Assembly (NCBI RefSeq): GCF_004010195.1
Contig: NW_025215360.1
Coordinates: forward strand, 87,634 to 125,778
DNA: 38,145 bases
Direction: 5' to 3'
Source: Chiloscyllium plagiosum
Taxonomy: Eukaryota
The notes under the pieces were generated by a model that was given only the letters and a program-made list of their open reading frames with translations, was not told where the DNA came from and ran no database searches. Shown one piece after another: positions 11,852-23,050 of the stretch (the first letter of the stretch is position 1; each line of letters begins with the position of its first letter). A program made the position numbers and the translations under genes.

Positions 11852-13112
11852 ACGAGTGCGGTAGAATAAAATCACTGCATGTTGAAAGTATTGTTTGACA
11901 TTATCTTCTAAAACTCTAATTATTTTTATTTGAGTTACAGAGGACAAAGGATAATGTTAGCCAAGTTCGACGTCTGTACTTAATACCATCCAGCCGATAA
12001 AGTTAAGCCACGGTACACACACGCACAGACACACACAAGCCCATCTTATAATATGCGAAGTATTACCATGGCAAGTGTTAGGAACGATAGCTTGCATTAC
12101 GTGGCCAATTCAGTCAATCACCGTTAGACCACAACTCGATATTCACTGCGGAGGCACAGGCAGCTCGTTTCCTCCAAAGAGCTCAGCGATCCGTGCCTTC
12201 TCGGCCCTTTTCTCACAAAGGTTTTTTTTAAAAAACTGCTCGCGCTCTCAGATTTCAGGGCTGGTCTCCCAGGGGAGGCAGGAGCCGAGTGCGCTTCAAT
12301 CAAACCCTGACTTCTCCTCTGGGAGCACAGCCTGAAATCTGATCTCGCCCACTTACTGCCTGCCTCATTCCACGCATTTTCTTTGGGCGTAATAACCTTT
12401 CAGTTTATTGTAAACACGGTTGGGAGGGATGCTAGATATTTAAACAGGATGTAGCTATTGTGAAATCGGTGTCCAGTGTACTTAACGGCGCATCAAGACC
12501 GATAGACGAGAAGAGACAGCCTGAGCAAAGATATGCCTGGTAAGTAGGTAACCAAACCGTCTGTAATTAAATGGTTTCGTGCTTTCAAAGGCCCTGCAAG
12601 AGGCCACATTCGCGAGCTGCTCCGATATAGAAGGTAAAAGCAGGCTTTGGGTGAAAATTACAACAGATTCTGAGGTTAGTCCCAAAAATGAAATTGCGCC
12701 AAGTGCTCAGCACAACACGGAATGGGCGCTTTCAACAAATCGCCATGAGGTAGATTCCATGTTTGCACAACTTCTCTGTACCAAAGGGACCGAAGGTAAA
12801 GAAAATATCAGGTCCATATAAACAACCAGAATGTGTTTACCATACGGAAGAAATCATTTCTAAACTCTGACACTATCATACCTTCAGACTTTAAAAAAGA
12901 ACATATTGCGTTTCATGGGATAATACAAACTACTGCACAATCACGTGTGTAAATGTGAAGTATATTTCCAAGTCATGGCATCAAGTACAGACGTCGAACT
13001 TGGCTAACATTCTCCTTTGTCCTCTGTAACTCAAATAAAAATAATTAGAGTTTTAGAAGATAATGTCAAACAATACTTTCAACTTGCAGTGATTTTATTG
13101 TACCGCACTTGT
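11852..13112. repeat. Young inverted repeat: 138-bp arms 11852-11989 and 12975-13112, 985-bp spacer
   Basis: Ungapped by-eye alignment gives 6 mismatches in 138 bp (~96%). No TSD seen. Confidence 0.95.
12248..12342. other. Imperfect ~35-bp hairpin with ~23-nt loop
   Basis: tcagatttcagggctggtctcccaggggaggcagg pairs with cctgacttctcctctgggagcacagcctgaaatctga. Confidence 0.8.
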
Positions 13113-13230
13113 TCATTTGGCAGTGTGAATTCCTACATATCCTACACAACAGTGATTACAGTTCGAAAGAACTTCGCTTTGGACATCTAAAGGTCGTAAA
13201 GGGTGCTAAATAAATGCATATATTTTTGAA
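12940..13230 (+). mobile_element. Decayed DeuSINE-type (SacSINE1/AmnSINE-like) SINE
   Basis: 3' tail ttcctaca...acaacagtgattacagttcgaaagaacttc..gctttggacatctaaaggtcgtaaagggtgctaaataaatgca resembles the Deu-SINE tail as recalled. The 5' extent is uncertain. Confidence 0.55.
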
Positions 13231-14815
13231 TTAGAAGGTTAAGACGTTAAGCAGGATTTAAATTAATCAAGTTTTCACTACTGATCAGATAACACATATC
13301 TCTAGAGAGATCAAAGTGTAAACATTCGGATATTTTTTTAAAAAGAGTATGGAATGTTTAAGATTGTGATTGTCCATGTGTGGCATAAGTCCTGCTGTCT
13401 CACACAATAACTGGAGTTTTAATAGATTCTAATTGAATGGCTGCACGGCACTATCATTTTTTTTAAAATCACCCAATTTACTTAACGTGAACAAGAACCA
13501 GTTCAGGATAATGCTGATTCAGAAACCCTTTCCTTGCCGCTGTTGTATTTGCCAATCTAATCTGATTTCAAATTTTACGTGACCACAACTGAACTATTCG
13601 AGATATCCTGGTAACACGTGTCTGCACATGACGCACTCTTGTTTTGCAAATACCCGGCCCTATGGTAACATTTGATAGCAATTTGTATTTTGACTCCCTA
13701 CAATTTACTTATGTCTGGAGTGCGAGGTGAATGCGTTGCATTAAAATAATTCAGACCAAATGTATCCGTTCAGATGTAAATACTTATACACTGTATAAGC
13801 AGATCAATTAACATGTTACGTGAAGCCGCCTCAGTGTTGAAATTAAAATTTCAAAACTGAGCATGCATTCAACGTATAATCAATACATTTCAGGAATGCA
13901 TAGGTCTAAAATCAGCAACACCTTTTCAACGAAGCAAAACCTATATTTGCATTTTCCTTACAATTCCTGTTATGCTATCAGTTTATAGCAACCTCAAATA
14001 TATCCAATGGAACTACAGTTTGATTAATATGGTATTTGGGATTTCCATAATTATTATGCTAAGTTCCACAAATTTGCAACATCGCTGTTCTTTAATAATC
14101 GTGCCATAAATCTCTTCAATTTGGTTCTGGTCGTTTACTTTGCTGTCAAAAGAAGTAACTGCCAAATCTGTTATTTCTATCGCTCCAGAATTTTGCAATG
14201 TATGGCCAGTTCGGAAAGTGTGGCTAATTTTGCAATTTCCAACCACCCGGTGCATGTGAGTGAGAGCTCGAGTGTGGAACCTTTCGCAGTTCCCCTAGAG
14301 AATCCAAGAAAAGTATAATCAGATACTGAAGTGTTAAATACGTTACTGGTCTCTGTGTTACGATTTAAAGCCAGCCTTCAGCTACAAATTTGCAGACAAC
14401 AATGCAAGGGCAGTTACAAATGGTCAAGGCAGAAGGTCCCCAACAATAGTTTCTCCATCCTTTCATTTATCTAAGCTTGTCGCAACCAGCCTCTGCACGG
14501 TACTCCAGTTTGCGCCAGTTATGTAAATCCTCACATGTAATATTAAAGCAAGGCTTTTCCAAAATATAAAAGTTTACAAAGTAAGCTACACAGAAAGCAA
14601 ATCAAAATCGCCACCGCAGGTCTCCCCATTGGTGCAACTTTGTTCGGAAAACAGCTTGTCGAGTTAATGGACGAATGTAAAATGCATTGGAGACCACAGT
14701 GGGAAGAAGGAAGTGATCTTAAGCATTCCATACACCAGCGAGCGACAGCTGAGAAATAGGGAAAACATGGGTTCAACCACGCACTCAGATGCAACTTGGA
14801 TATTTTGAGAGATAT

Positions 14816-14856
14816 TTCGCATCTCCAGAGTTGCAACGAAACTCTGGAGATGCGAA
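14816..14856. repeat. Perfect 17-bp stem hairpin
   Basis: ttcgcatctccagagtt-gcaacga-aactctggagatgcgaa. Confidence 0.95.
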
Positions 14857-15373
14857 CTAAAAAATGCACTGCCCATACATTTCTAAATATTGATTTTGTC
14901 ACAAAGCTCAACTAGGTGACAGTTTATCTAAACCACACGTTATCAAAGCTGCTATTGGTCACAGCAGCTGTTGCAGCATTATGTATACCCGGCAGCTGCT
15001 CGGACTCATTGTAGTTTACAAAACTTAACATATAACGTTGCTGCCACATTCGTGATAACAATAAAGACGCATTATCAAATAATACTATTATTGATAAACT
15101 ATGAGCACATAATAGATGAATAAGACAAACAGTTGCTAAGAATTGAAATGGAGTACATAATGAATCAGTTCAAACTCTGTACTCTATATTCTATTTCGGT
15201 TAAGCATTGGGTTCAAATAATGAAATTTAACACGTCAATGCCAAAATATTACACTTTAAGAGACTTTAGAAAACAAAGGGCTGCTCTTCAGTTGAACCTT
15301 GATTATTTTTTAAAAATTCAATTTATAAGTTTGAAAATCTAAACATTAGACAACTATTTGCCAAGTGGAGAAC

Positions 15374-15538
15374 CCAATAAGCGCGAAGATAGTCCGTCCA
15401 TTGACCGAGAGGACGGTATAAAACGGGAGCCAAGAGCATCTCTGCTTCTCTCTCCAAACAGACTTCAGTATCTAAGAACATTTGACTGATTGCAGCATAT
15501 CTTATACCATCATGTCACAAGAAAGGCTGGCGGTAAGG
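15374..15538 (+). promoter_or_regulatory. Candidate TATA promoter and first exon (ATG 15512, MSQERLA, donor 15533)
   Basis: CCAAT at 15374, TATAAAA at 15417-15423, a pyrimidine-rich start region ~30 nt later, accatcATG, 7 codons, then GCG|GTAAGG. No convincing second coding exon found. Confidence 0.45.
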
Positions 15539-16689
15539 TAACCATTTCCCTTCAGTAAAGTCATACCATGTTTGTGTTGATTTTGGCATGGCAAGCGCAC
15601 AATTAACTCCTCAGTGTCCCAATGATGATAGTATTGTGAGTAGCGCCTTAACCCATTCTTGGCCAAGAGGTAGAGATCACTTTGTGGGCCCTCGGTTGGA
15701 GAACAGATTCAATGGGCCTTAGGCAATAGTTTATTCTTTCAGCCAAATTATTCTAAACATGAATATGCAACGTATTCCCAAAATTTAAACACGTTTGCTG
15801 TAGATTTTGGTTTGAAACATAACGGAAACAATGCAATCTTGCCTTCTCAGGACGTGTTATTAGCTCACTAAGTGAATTACGTGTATCTTGTTTTGAGGTA
15901 TTTAAATTACCCGATACAATTATAGGTTTTATTGAGATAATTTGCAAAAATGTCTTCAGATTTGCTCGAATACACAGACTGCGAAATGGGTGGTTTAATC
16001 TGGTATTCCAAATATTCACCAGGAATCCTAGAGTCCATGAGAAATTTCGAATTACGTCATTCACCAACCAAGGGTAAATGTATTAAATAAAGTGCTGTGT
16101 GCGAAATGAATCACAAAACACGTGGAGAAAATGGGAGTAAACCTTCCATTTAAATGTAAAAGCACATCAGCGCATCTGCTTACAATTTTTTTTGCCTCGA
16201 TTCACTAGCAAGTGTAAAAGGGTGAATGTAAGACTGGCTGGGTTATCTGACGAGGTGTGCTCAACCATTTGGGGACAATAATAGGTGGTAAAAATCCAAC
16301 CCCTGGGTATTACATTACTTCCAGATGTTACTACCAGAAGCAACAGATGATGCCATAAACTGCAAAATCTGATTGTGACTGAAATTTAACTTGTCACAAA
16401 AGTGACAGAAAATCTTATGCTCCGATTACAAGTGGAAATATAAAAAAAACATGAACTGAAAACATTTCAACGTAAAGCATATAACAAACGCAGATCTAGT
16501 TCTTCAGCTGTCTCAGAGGTTCTATCAATGTATTTTCGGTACTTCAGACAGTCTAACTAAAATATATATAATTAGGCCTAATTACTGGCCTTAGTGGAAA
16601 AGCCAAGTTTACTAGCTTTTTCGTATAGTACAGTTGGTTTGTGTGAAGGTTAACGTGATTGATTTACATATATAGTCCGCGATCTCCCC

Positions 16690-16823
16690 TCCTAGCAGCA
16701 CTGTGGGTGCACCTACACAATGACTACAGTGGTTCAAGAAGATGGCTCACTACCACCTCCAGATAAATTACGATGCTGCCTCAGCCTGCACTGCCGACAT
16801 CCCGAGAAATAACAAAAACAAAA
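16690..16823 (+). mobile_element. L2-clade LINE 3' end
   Basis: ccta-cagcactgtgggtg-acctacac..actacagtggttcaagaagatggctcactaccacct...acatccc, followed by an A-rich tail. Homologous to 28320-28460. Confidence 0.65.
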
Positions 16824-17035
16824 GTTAAAGTCCCAAAGAACAGTAATGCATGGTCTCCAGTGATTGTACCCAAAGGGCTGCAAAGCGGAGGTTTCTAGTT
16901 TTGGAGGACACAGACAGAAATTCCAAAGTGTTCACAAAAATGACATGATTTGGAGATGCCGGTGATGGACTGGGGTGTACAAAGTTAAAAATCACACAAC
17001 ACCAGGTCATAGTCCAACAGGTTTAATTGGAAGCA

Positions 17036-17070
17036 CACTAGCTTTCGGAGCGAAGCTCCTTCATCAGGTG
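17036..17070 (-). ncRNA. Minimal type-I hammerhead ribozyme motif (minus arm)
   Basis: Minus strand: cac-CTGATGA-a-GGAG cttcg CTCC-GAAA-gc-TA-gtg. Confidence 0.7.
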
Positions 17071-17087
17071 GTAGTCTATCAGACTAT

Positions 17088-17122
17088 CACCTGATGAAGG
17101 AGCATCTCTCCGAAAGCTAGTG
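17088..17122 (+). ncRNA. Minimal type-I hammerhead ribozyme motif (plus arm)
   Basis: cac-CTGATGA(17091-17097)-a-GGAG catct CTCC-GAAA(17112-17115)-gc-TA-gtg. Palindromic AGCT stem III and CUA cleavage triplet. Confidence 0.7.
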
Positions 17123-19099
17123 TGCTTCCAATTAAACCTGTTGGACTATAACCTGGTGTTGTGTGATTTTTTAACAAAAATGACAGTTTGCTTGGCCCTA
17201 CAAAAGTCATGACCAAGTTTAGTATACATGCAAGGTAGACATTTCATTGGAGTTACATTCCAACGCGATGGATCGGATTGTGGGCTGGGGTCGGTTCTTG
17301 TTAAAGTTGTCCCAACACTTTCACAGGCTTTTTTTTAAATGAACGAATCCTAAATGCAAGTAACATGAGGGTTTTATTTCATTTGGAATTTGTAAACTAC
17401 CTTTCATGACAAGAGAAAGATCGACCGGGCTGAAATTTAACAAGGACTTTTCCCGGTTCAGATTCATGCAGTGTATCGCTTCCCCATATTCTGGCGCTCT
17501 GACCGAACTGCAATCCACCTCTAAAATTACTCGTTTATTTTCTTGTTTTATAAGGCTTTGCGGCTTTTAGTTCGCCAGTAAATTCAAATGACGAGGGACT
17601 GATGAAAATGGAACATTTCATCAAACCAAAAAATATTTTTTTAAAGTTACTGTGAAATGGAAATCGACATTATGAGAACATTGTCTCCAGTCGTAGGGAA
17701 ACCGTAGAGCTTTAGTTGGGACAGAGATAGTTTCAAGGTGTTTGTTTACATCGAAAGAGCCGCGGGAGGCGAGTGGGTCAGCGGTTCAGTCGGCCATGCA
17801 GCAAGGCACCTCACGGACTTCAACAGGGAGTTTCACAGCGCCACTGAACAAATAATATTTGTGAAGCTGGGAAGAGCAACACATTTCCTAATAACGGAAA
17901 CACGTAGAATCGATATATTCTGATGCGCTTAGGGAAAGAAATCGGAGAGCCAGCTCGCAGTCCACTAATGAATCCAATCGTTTTTCTTAAACTGGATCCT
18001 CCGGCCGCACAGATGCGCAGATCGTGCTCATACAAGTCAGCGAAACAGACAAAAGGGAACGGGCCATCACTACTGTTGCCACTTCCACCTCAACCAACTC
18101 TGCTCGTGCAGTAGGTACCCTGCATTCATGCAGCGGTGTAAATAGTTCAAGGAAAGCTTAATTTGCTGAACGAAGGTGCGTCTACCCCAGCAGCGCTCAG
18201 CAATTGTATATTTTTAAAATACACCGTCTATGTGCGTATGCGCTTACAGTTCCAGTCTACACGCCTTATATTGTATCACGCTGAGACAGTGAGATGCGCA
18301 CACTACATGGTCATGCATGCAAACACCTCCCGCGCTATATCCGTATCATGAAATTCTCCGCCAACAACTTTCAGTCTCTGTTCGCTCAGTTCACACGGCT
18401 GAGGGCTGAGCCCGCCCATCAAGACCTATACCAGGCTCTGGTTTACTTGCCCTCAATTTTTTCTCTCTCTGCGATGACCATTCTCTCCTCCCTGAGCGTG
18501 CAGGGAGCCGGCCACTGCTGTCTAGACCAATCGATCACTTAGACAGAGACATACAAATACGGTCAGCAGCCTTAAGTCAGGCAGAGCTGGTAAGTGCCAC
18601 ACGGGTCCTTGTCACCTTGCAGGTAACCAGTTAGAACTAGCACAACCTTCAGCATTAAACCTCAGCTGAAAAGCACATTCTGCCAGTCTGAAGTGATTAT
18701 TAACATATTAGGCGGACGATGCACACTTTAAGCAATAAAGACCCACGTTAGTTAAAAGCTGCTCTCGCAATAACCTCAAAGGCACAGTTCAAAAATAAAT
18801 CATCCGTCAGCGTAACCCATAAGGTTCAACTCACGAGCTGGGAATAATTTAGCACGCTGTAGTTATTTGTAATATACCCACATACAGGGAACTAATCCGC
18901 CCCCCCCTTTAAAAGATCAGTTAACTCCCTTTAATAAAACGCTTTCATCTACTTAGTTGCTGTACTATAGAGTGGACACGATGTTTTAAAAAAGCGTTTC
19001 CGTCCTGATTAGTTATACCTGTGCTGATTTACACAACACAGATAAACGCAAATGGTAAATTAATTAAAAGCATTTGGTGAAACTCGGACCGGAATCCAG

Positions 19100-20720
19100 T
19101 GAATAAATCCTGGTCCTAGCCGTGTTGGGGGAGGGGGGTGGGTTACGCGGCTTGGCTTTACACGATTATCCCTCAGGGCCCTGTGCGATCTGGAGACTGA
19201 GCGAAATGCGATGTGAAAAAGCCGCAGTTACCGTGCGGGCAATATCGACAGCACTTCTCAACAAAAAGTGACGTTCGCCCCGGCCGGGTCGCTCCAGATG
19301 AACGTAGCTTCAAAAAAAAAGACCGATTGGATCAAATCCTGCACGAAACCCTCAAGAAGTTGTTGGGCACGGCAGCAGGATCGTGCTGGGATGGTCCGAA
19401 GCTTCAAACTTGCCCTCAACATTCAGACGGAGACGCGCACATTACACCGAGACCCGAGCTAACATGGAACCCGGAGCCAGTCTTCCTGAAAACGGAGAAA
19501 GGGGCTGAAGATAGTCCGCTCCGGGGCAGAGAGAAGTCACCACCCAGACAGACAGTCTCCGCGTCCTCACAACCGGCTTTACCAATGCGATAAACCACTC
19601 CCTTCACATAACACACACACACAAAAAAAATCACCCCTTACCTGATTCCAGGCTCTCGGTAGAATTTCACCAGACTCTTGCTCTGGTGCTGACCTCGTCT
19701 TTTTACTGCATCCACGTGCCGTTTCAGGGGTTTTTTTTAAAAATCGCCAAGCCAGAGGGAGAAGACTTGTTTCATCTGAGCCGTGTGCTCACAGATTACC
19801 CCCAAAAAGTCCGGATATCCACCACACGGGGAGAGAGAGAGAGCAATCCGCCGGCGGCTAACAGTGGAAGGTACAAGGAGGTCAGGCCTGGCCCCGGCCA
19901 GTGTTACCGGCTGTTCCCCCCGGGCTGGAGCAGCGGCTCTCAGTGTACAGGTGGCGGGCGGCTGCGAGACTCGGGCACAGCAAGACTCCGCAGCGCCATG
20001 TTGGCTCCTCACCACACAGAGAGCGGCGGAACTATCCGGTCTGCGGGCTCTATCGGACTCTGCTCAGCCCGCATCCCCCTGCCTTGTGTAAAACCTCAGG
20101 CTGCTGCCTGCTGCGGGGAGGCGGGGGGGGGGGGGGGGGGGAGAAGGGGGGGGGGGTGTTTACAGAGAAGAAACCCTTTGGCAGATCACTGGAGCAGATG
20201 TGCTCGAGCGTCTGTACACAGCGAACGGATTTTTTTAAATTTCCGATCCAGCCCTTAGCGTGCAGCTCCCCTCCGAGCCTGGAAAAAAACTCTACCCATA
20301 AGGCCAGTCGTTAACTTCAATTACCATAAACATCAACCTTTAGCTCACAACCCCGAGTCCAACCTACACCCCCCCACCACCCACACACACAATCCGCAGA
20401 CACCGCGGAACGCCGACCTGCTTCAATCCGGCTTGGTGTTTTTCTAACCGGAACATACAGGGGGGGAATTCCTAATCTGAACCAGAGCGCAGGGCGGAAT
20501 CCCGAGACAGCGAGAGAGAGGAACAGCGAGGGCCAAATAAAACTTTCAGACGTCCACTTCACTCGGCTCCTGCCTGCTGTTCACTGCGTTCCTCAACTAT
20601 ATGGTGAGAATCAGACTAACGTTCACACACACCCCATCCTCCGGGTTAGCGGGTGGTCTGCACCAGGGCAAGGGGAGTTCGGGGGAGGGGGGGGGGGGGG
20701 GGGGGGTTGGTTTTGTTTTC
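19100..20720. promoter_or_regulatory. CpG-island-like GC-rich region with poly-G tracts
   Basis: Dense CG dinucleotides; G homopolymers at 20123-20141 and 20687-20706. Confidence 0.7.
19642..20110 (-). other. Candidate non-coding (5'UTR or lncRNA) exon containing short uORFs
   Basis: Minus strand: long C/T tract then cag|cag acceptor at 20111 and CAG|GTAAGG donor at 19641. Every ATG opens only a short ORF (MALRSLAVPESRSRPPPVH*, MKQVFSLWLGDF*, MQ*). Confidence 0.55.
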
Positions 20721-21160
20721 CGGTTATTGCCCCGGATGAGCAATTTTATGTTCAATTGCTAACCTCAATGTTTCCATCTTATCCGCACAAGTAGAAATGA
20801 TGAGAGCTATTCTTTTTGCACACGAGAAAATCGGAATCAACCAGTAAAGCTTCAGAGACTAAATTTCACGTCGAATAAAAGCACATCTTCAATGTTTTGA
20901 TTACATTAATTTAAATGCAGTCAGGCTTCATTTTCATCATTTCCACAATTTACAGCAGGGAATCTTCGAAACTTATTTATCTGTACACTGAAGAAACGTC
21001 ACACTTACCTCCTAAAATAGATAGGAGATGCAAGTGATTTGAAAATTACACATAGTGCAAATATGTAGCTCATGCACTTCAGAATACAAAGTAAGCTTTT
21101 CTAGGCACGTATGAGGCTGGAGGCAGAAATGACGAAAGGTACAATCACATCGTTGATGCG

Positions 21161-21184
21161 CACACACACACACACACACACACA
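21161..21184 (+). repeat. (CA)12 microsatellite
   Basis: Perfect CA run. Confidence 0.95.
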
Positions 21185-21309
21185 GAGCTCAGTTTGAAGG
21201 GGCTTTGCAGAGCTCAAGAAGCGCTGCCTTCGCCAGTCTCTTGGGAGTTGACCCAAAGGTCAGGACGCGGTGCGCACGTCTCGCGCGGGAAATCTTCACT
21301 CAAGGGCTC

Positions 21310-23050
21310 TCACACTCCCCGTAAACCTCACAGGACACACACTGCACACTCTCACTGTATTCATCCAACACACTCATTGTACACTCAGCACACTTACCGT
21401 AAACCTCACAACACACTCATTGCAAAACTCTCAGCACACTACCATACACTCACCCCACATATATTGCACACACTCAACGCACAGTTCCCGTCAACCTCAG
21501 CACACACTGTACACTCACTGCACACATCGTAAAACTCTCAGCACACTCACTGCACCCTCACCGTGAACCTCACAGCACACACTCACCATACACTACTCTT
21601 AAATCAGACACACTGCACTCACATCACACATTCACTACACTCACTGCAGTGTACTCTCACATCACACATTCACTGTACACACTCATTCTGCACTCAGCAC
21701 ACTCACCATAAACCTCACAGCACACACACATTATATACTCTCTGTACACATTCACTGTACACTCCCAGCACACACTCATTGTGCACACTCAGCACACATT
21801 CACCGTAAACCTCTCAGTGCACACTACACACTCACAGCACACACTCATTGTACACTCTTGCATTCACCCAGCATGTATTCATTGTATACTCTCAGTACAC
21901 ATTCATTGTATATCCTCTGCACACACTCATCACATTCCCTCATCATACACTTACTGTGGTACACTCACTGCACACAGTCACTGTACACTCCTAGGACATA
22001 CATACCTTACTCCCCCAGCACACTATCACCATACACTCACTGCAAACTCTCAGCACACACCGTAGTCACCCAGCACACTCACCATAAACCTCACAGCATT
22101 CATTCATTGTGCACTCTCAGCACACACTCACCATATTCCCCCAGCACACAATCACCGTACACTCACTGCAATCACTCACTGTACCCACCCACCACACATT
22201 CATCATGCTTTACCAGCACACACTATACACGCACAGCACACACACACACTGTACTCCCTGAGCTCACACTCGCCGTACACAGCACACACTCACTGTACTC
22301 CCTCAGCATTCACTCACTGGAAACTCAGTGTACTCGCCCAGCATACACTCTTTGTACATTCTCTGACACTCTCAGCACACACTCACTGTTGACACCCACC
22401 CAACACACCATATACTGCCTCATTGCACACAATCGGCTCACAAGACACACCTAGGTGGAAACATTCATATTTGCCTGCAATCAGTCACACACATTGCACT
22501 GCAGTGAATCCTCGGTTCATCCTTCCCCGCAACTCTCCAAACCCCAGCAACAGTTTCTCCTTGTCTCACATACGTGTATACACACACACACGAGTTGCGC
22601 AAACCACCGTCTCAATAATTCTGATAACTACATACAAACCGAGATACCCTGGAACCACCAGATTCATCCTCCGGCAGCCAAGCGCTCTCAGTTTCGTAAA
22701 GCCACATTCTCTCACTTCACTGACCCTCTCTCTCACACACACACACCGTTACATTCTTAGTCACACACATGTATTCTTCACACTCGCATATCCTCCTTCA
22801 CACGTCTTTCTTTACACCGCACAGACACACAAGTGCCCTTTTCCTCACTGTGTCCGTCACACTGTCCCCGCCCCCAACACATTCTCACAGTCTCAAACAC
22901 ACGCATAGACTCTTACACAGCCACACACGCCCACAGCCTCCCTCGCAACCAAACACATTCCCTCCATTACACGCCGCTTGTCGGAGTCACAGTTGCACAT
23001 TACTCCCCCGCAAACTCTCAGTCACGTAGAAGCAATCTCTCACACCCGCA
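21310..23050 (+). repeat. CA-rich degenerate satellite / low-complexity tract
   Basis: Recurring modules ccgtaaacctcacagcacacactcac and cactgtacactc, most regular at 21310-22440 and strongly G-depleted on the plus strand. Confidence 0.9.

Larger units (their letters stand above)
16946..17173. mobile_element. Penelope-like inverted-pLTR (palindromic) insertion with 12-bp TSD
   Basis: Direct repeat acaaaaatgaca at 16934-16945 and 17174-17185. Arms ~16984-17077 and 17081-17175 are near-perfectly inverted around a 3-nt loop (atc); an extra 38-bp tail lies on the left arm only. Confidence 0.85.

Noticed and set aside
12277..12292. 16-bp inverted match to 20560-20575 (cactcggctcctgcct)
   Set aside because: A single 16-mer match is within chance expectation for a 38-kb self-comparison and does not extend.
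13350..13372. tggaatgtta.. resembling the miR-1/206 seed
   Set aside because: Match does not extend convincingly and there is no complementary hairpin arm.
15620..15700. Possible C/D box snoRNA (ATGATGA C-box)
   Set aside because: No terminal CTGA D-box at a suitable distance.
9351..18595. Isolated plus-strand GTAAGT donors (9351, 12540, 18590)
   Set aside because: Frequency is compatible with chance, and no paired acceptor or coding frame supports exons.
19686..20314. Plus-strand ORFs of 190, 137 and 102 aa
   Set aside because: GC-rich island with stop-codon scarcity; frames run through poly-G tracts and have no recognisable domain.
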